From contig NZ_JAKILG010000004.1 in the NCBI RefSeq assembly GCF_023283765.1, forward strand, positions 79,513 through 111,512: 32,000 bases of DNA, written 5' to 3'. This stretch comes from Shewanella profunda. Lineage in GTDB: Bacteria > Pseudomonadota > Gammaproteobacteria > Enterobacterales > Shewanellaceae. Each line of letters begins with the position of its first letter. The stretch's first letter is position 1. The notes under the pieces were generated by a model, which did no database searches, was not told the origin of the DNA, and saw only the letters and a list, made by a program, of their open reading frames with translations. Shown one piece after another: positions 31,410-32,000 of the stretch. The position numbers and the translations under genes are program-made.

Positions 31410-32000
31410 ATGATGGAGCCGTTAAAAGTCACCTTTAAACTCGGGGGCATGATGGTCATGCCCTCTAACCCGATACACCTGGACGCTTTGATTGCTTATG
31501 CCGTCACACAAGAGCGTTTGCCAGAACTGGAGTTTGATCCTCAACCCATATCCTCATTGGCCGAGGAACTTCCCATCGAAAAGTACGAGCAGGATGGTGA
31601 CTGGTGCTGGAAGGCATCCGCCATCACCCCAAACAACGTGTTTGAACGCAGCTCTCGTCACTACACGCAGCGCATTGACGAAGACGCCTATGCAGAAGCC
31701 GCTAAAGGCGGCTTCATACAGTCAGGACGCAAACGCGGCGAATTGGAGAGAATGTCTCACGCGATCAAGATCGACACGTTACGAGGTAGCCAGCGCAATC
31801 TTCTCGGCTTTTACCGTACTGCGAGAGTCGATGAGTTAGTAGGCTATATTGTCGGGGATAAAGACCAGATCAGTTATTACCTCAAAGAGTCTGGGCTCAT
31901 CACTCACATTGGCCCTCGTCGTCGTCAAGGTCATGGGAAAATAGTGGATGTCATCATCGAAAGTGACCAAATGGCCCTTGAAAAATGGATGCTGCGGGTC
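31410..32000 (+). CDS. csf3: Cas5-family RAMP protein, Csf3-type; 197 codons, open at the window end
   Basis: Absent from the ORF track (no stop in the window). My translation is MMEPLKVTFKLGGMMVMPSNPIHLDALIAYAVTQ...THIGPRRRQGHGKIVDVIIESDQMALEKWMLRV. The N-terminal beta strand plus P.HLDAL(I/L)A motif and the late G-rich loop fit Csf3/Cas5. It starts 6 nt after the csf2 stop. Confidence 0.55.
   Translation, partial: MMEPLKVTFKLGGMMVMPSNPIHLDALIAYAVTQERLPELEFDPQPISSLAEELPIEKYEQDGDWCWKASAITPNNVFERSSRHYTQRIDEDAYAEAAKGGFIQSGRKRGELERMSHAIKIDTLRGSQRNLLGFYRTARVDELVGYIVGDKDQISYYLKESGLITHIGPRRRQGHGKIVDVIIESDQMALEKWMLRV

Noticed and set aside
1-32000. Search for a CRISPR array (regularly spaced 24-40-nt direct repeats), especially near dinG/csf at 25417-26298 and 28780-28857
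   Set aside because: No regularly spaced repeats were seen anywhere. The runs of C at about 21070, 26820 and 27090 are single occurrences inside coding regions. If an array exists it lies beyond 32000.

Overview
This 32-kb window is a mosaic of accessory DNA with no housekeeping genes, tRNA or rRNA. All functional calls rest on motif recognition by eye, not on database searches. Left to right:
1. A Tn3-family transposition module: the 5' end of tnpA running off the left edge, a Phd/ParE toxin-antitoxin pair, a res-like region and a serine resolvase. A very AT-rich block follows, carrying a two-gene operon of an unknown 218-aa protein and a patatin-like phospholipase.
2. A DksA/TraR zinc-finger protein, a tandem universal stress protein and a SulP/STAS anion transporter.
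3. A tightly packed minus-strand operon of small unknown proteins, a CX5R phosphatase-like protein and a tyrosine recombinase.
4. A 5.2-kb promoter-distal fragment of a pdu-type microcompartment operon (pduK remnant, pduL, pduM, pduN, DUF336, pduP, pduQ, terminator). It sits as a clean insertion inside a duplicated copy of a small membrane-protein gene.
5. An Rhs polymorphic-toxin locus: a 1402-aa Rhs protein with a Sec-type signal peptide and a glycine-zipper C-terminal toxin, plus its membrane immunity gene. Downstream are two orphan rhs-CT/immunity modules and at least five stand-alone immunity-like genes separated by roughly 30-nt rhs core scars.
6. A membrane-anchored NERD nuclease-domain protein.
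7. What I read as a type IV-A-like CRISPR-Cas effector module: a DinG (Csf4) helicase divergent from csf5-csf1-csf2-csf3, with csf3 cut by the window end. No CRISPR array and no cas1/cas2 are visible in the window.
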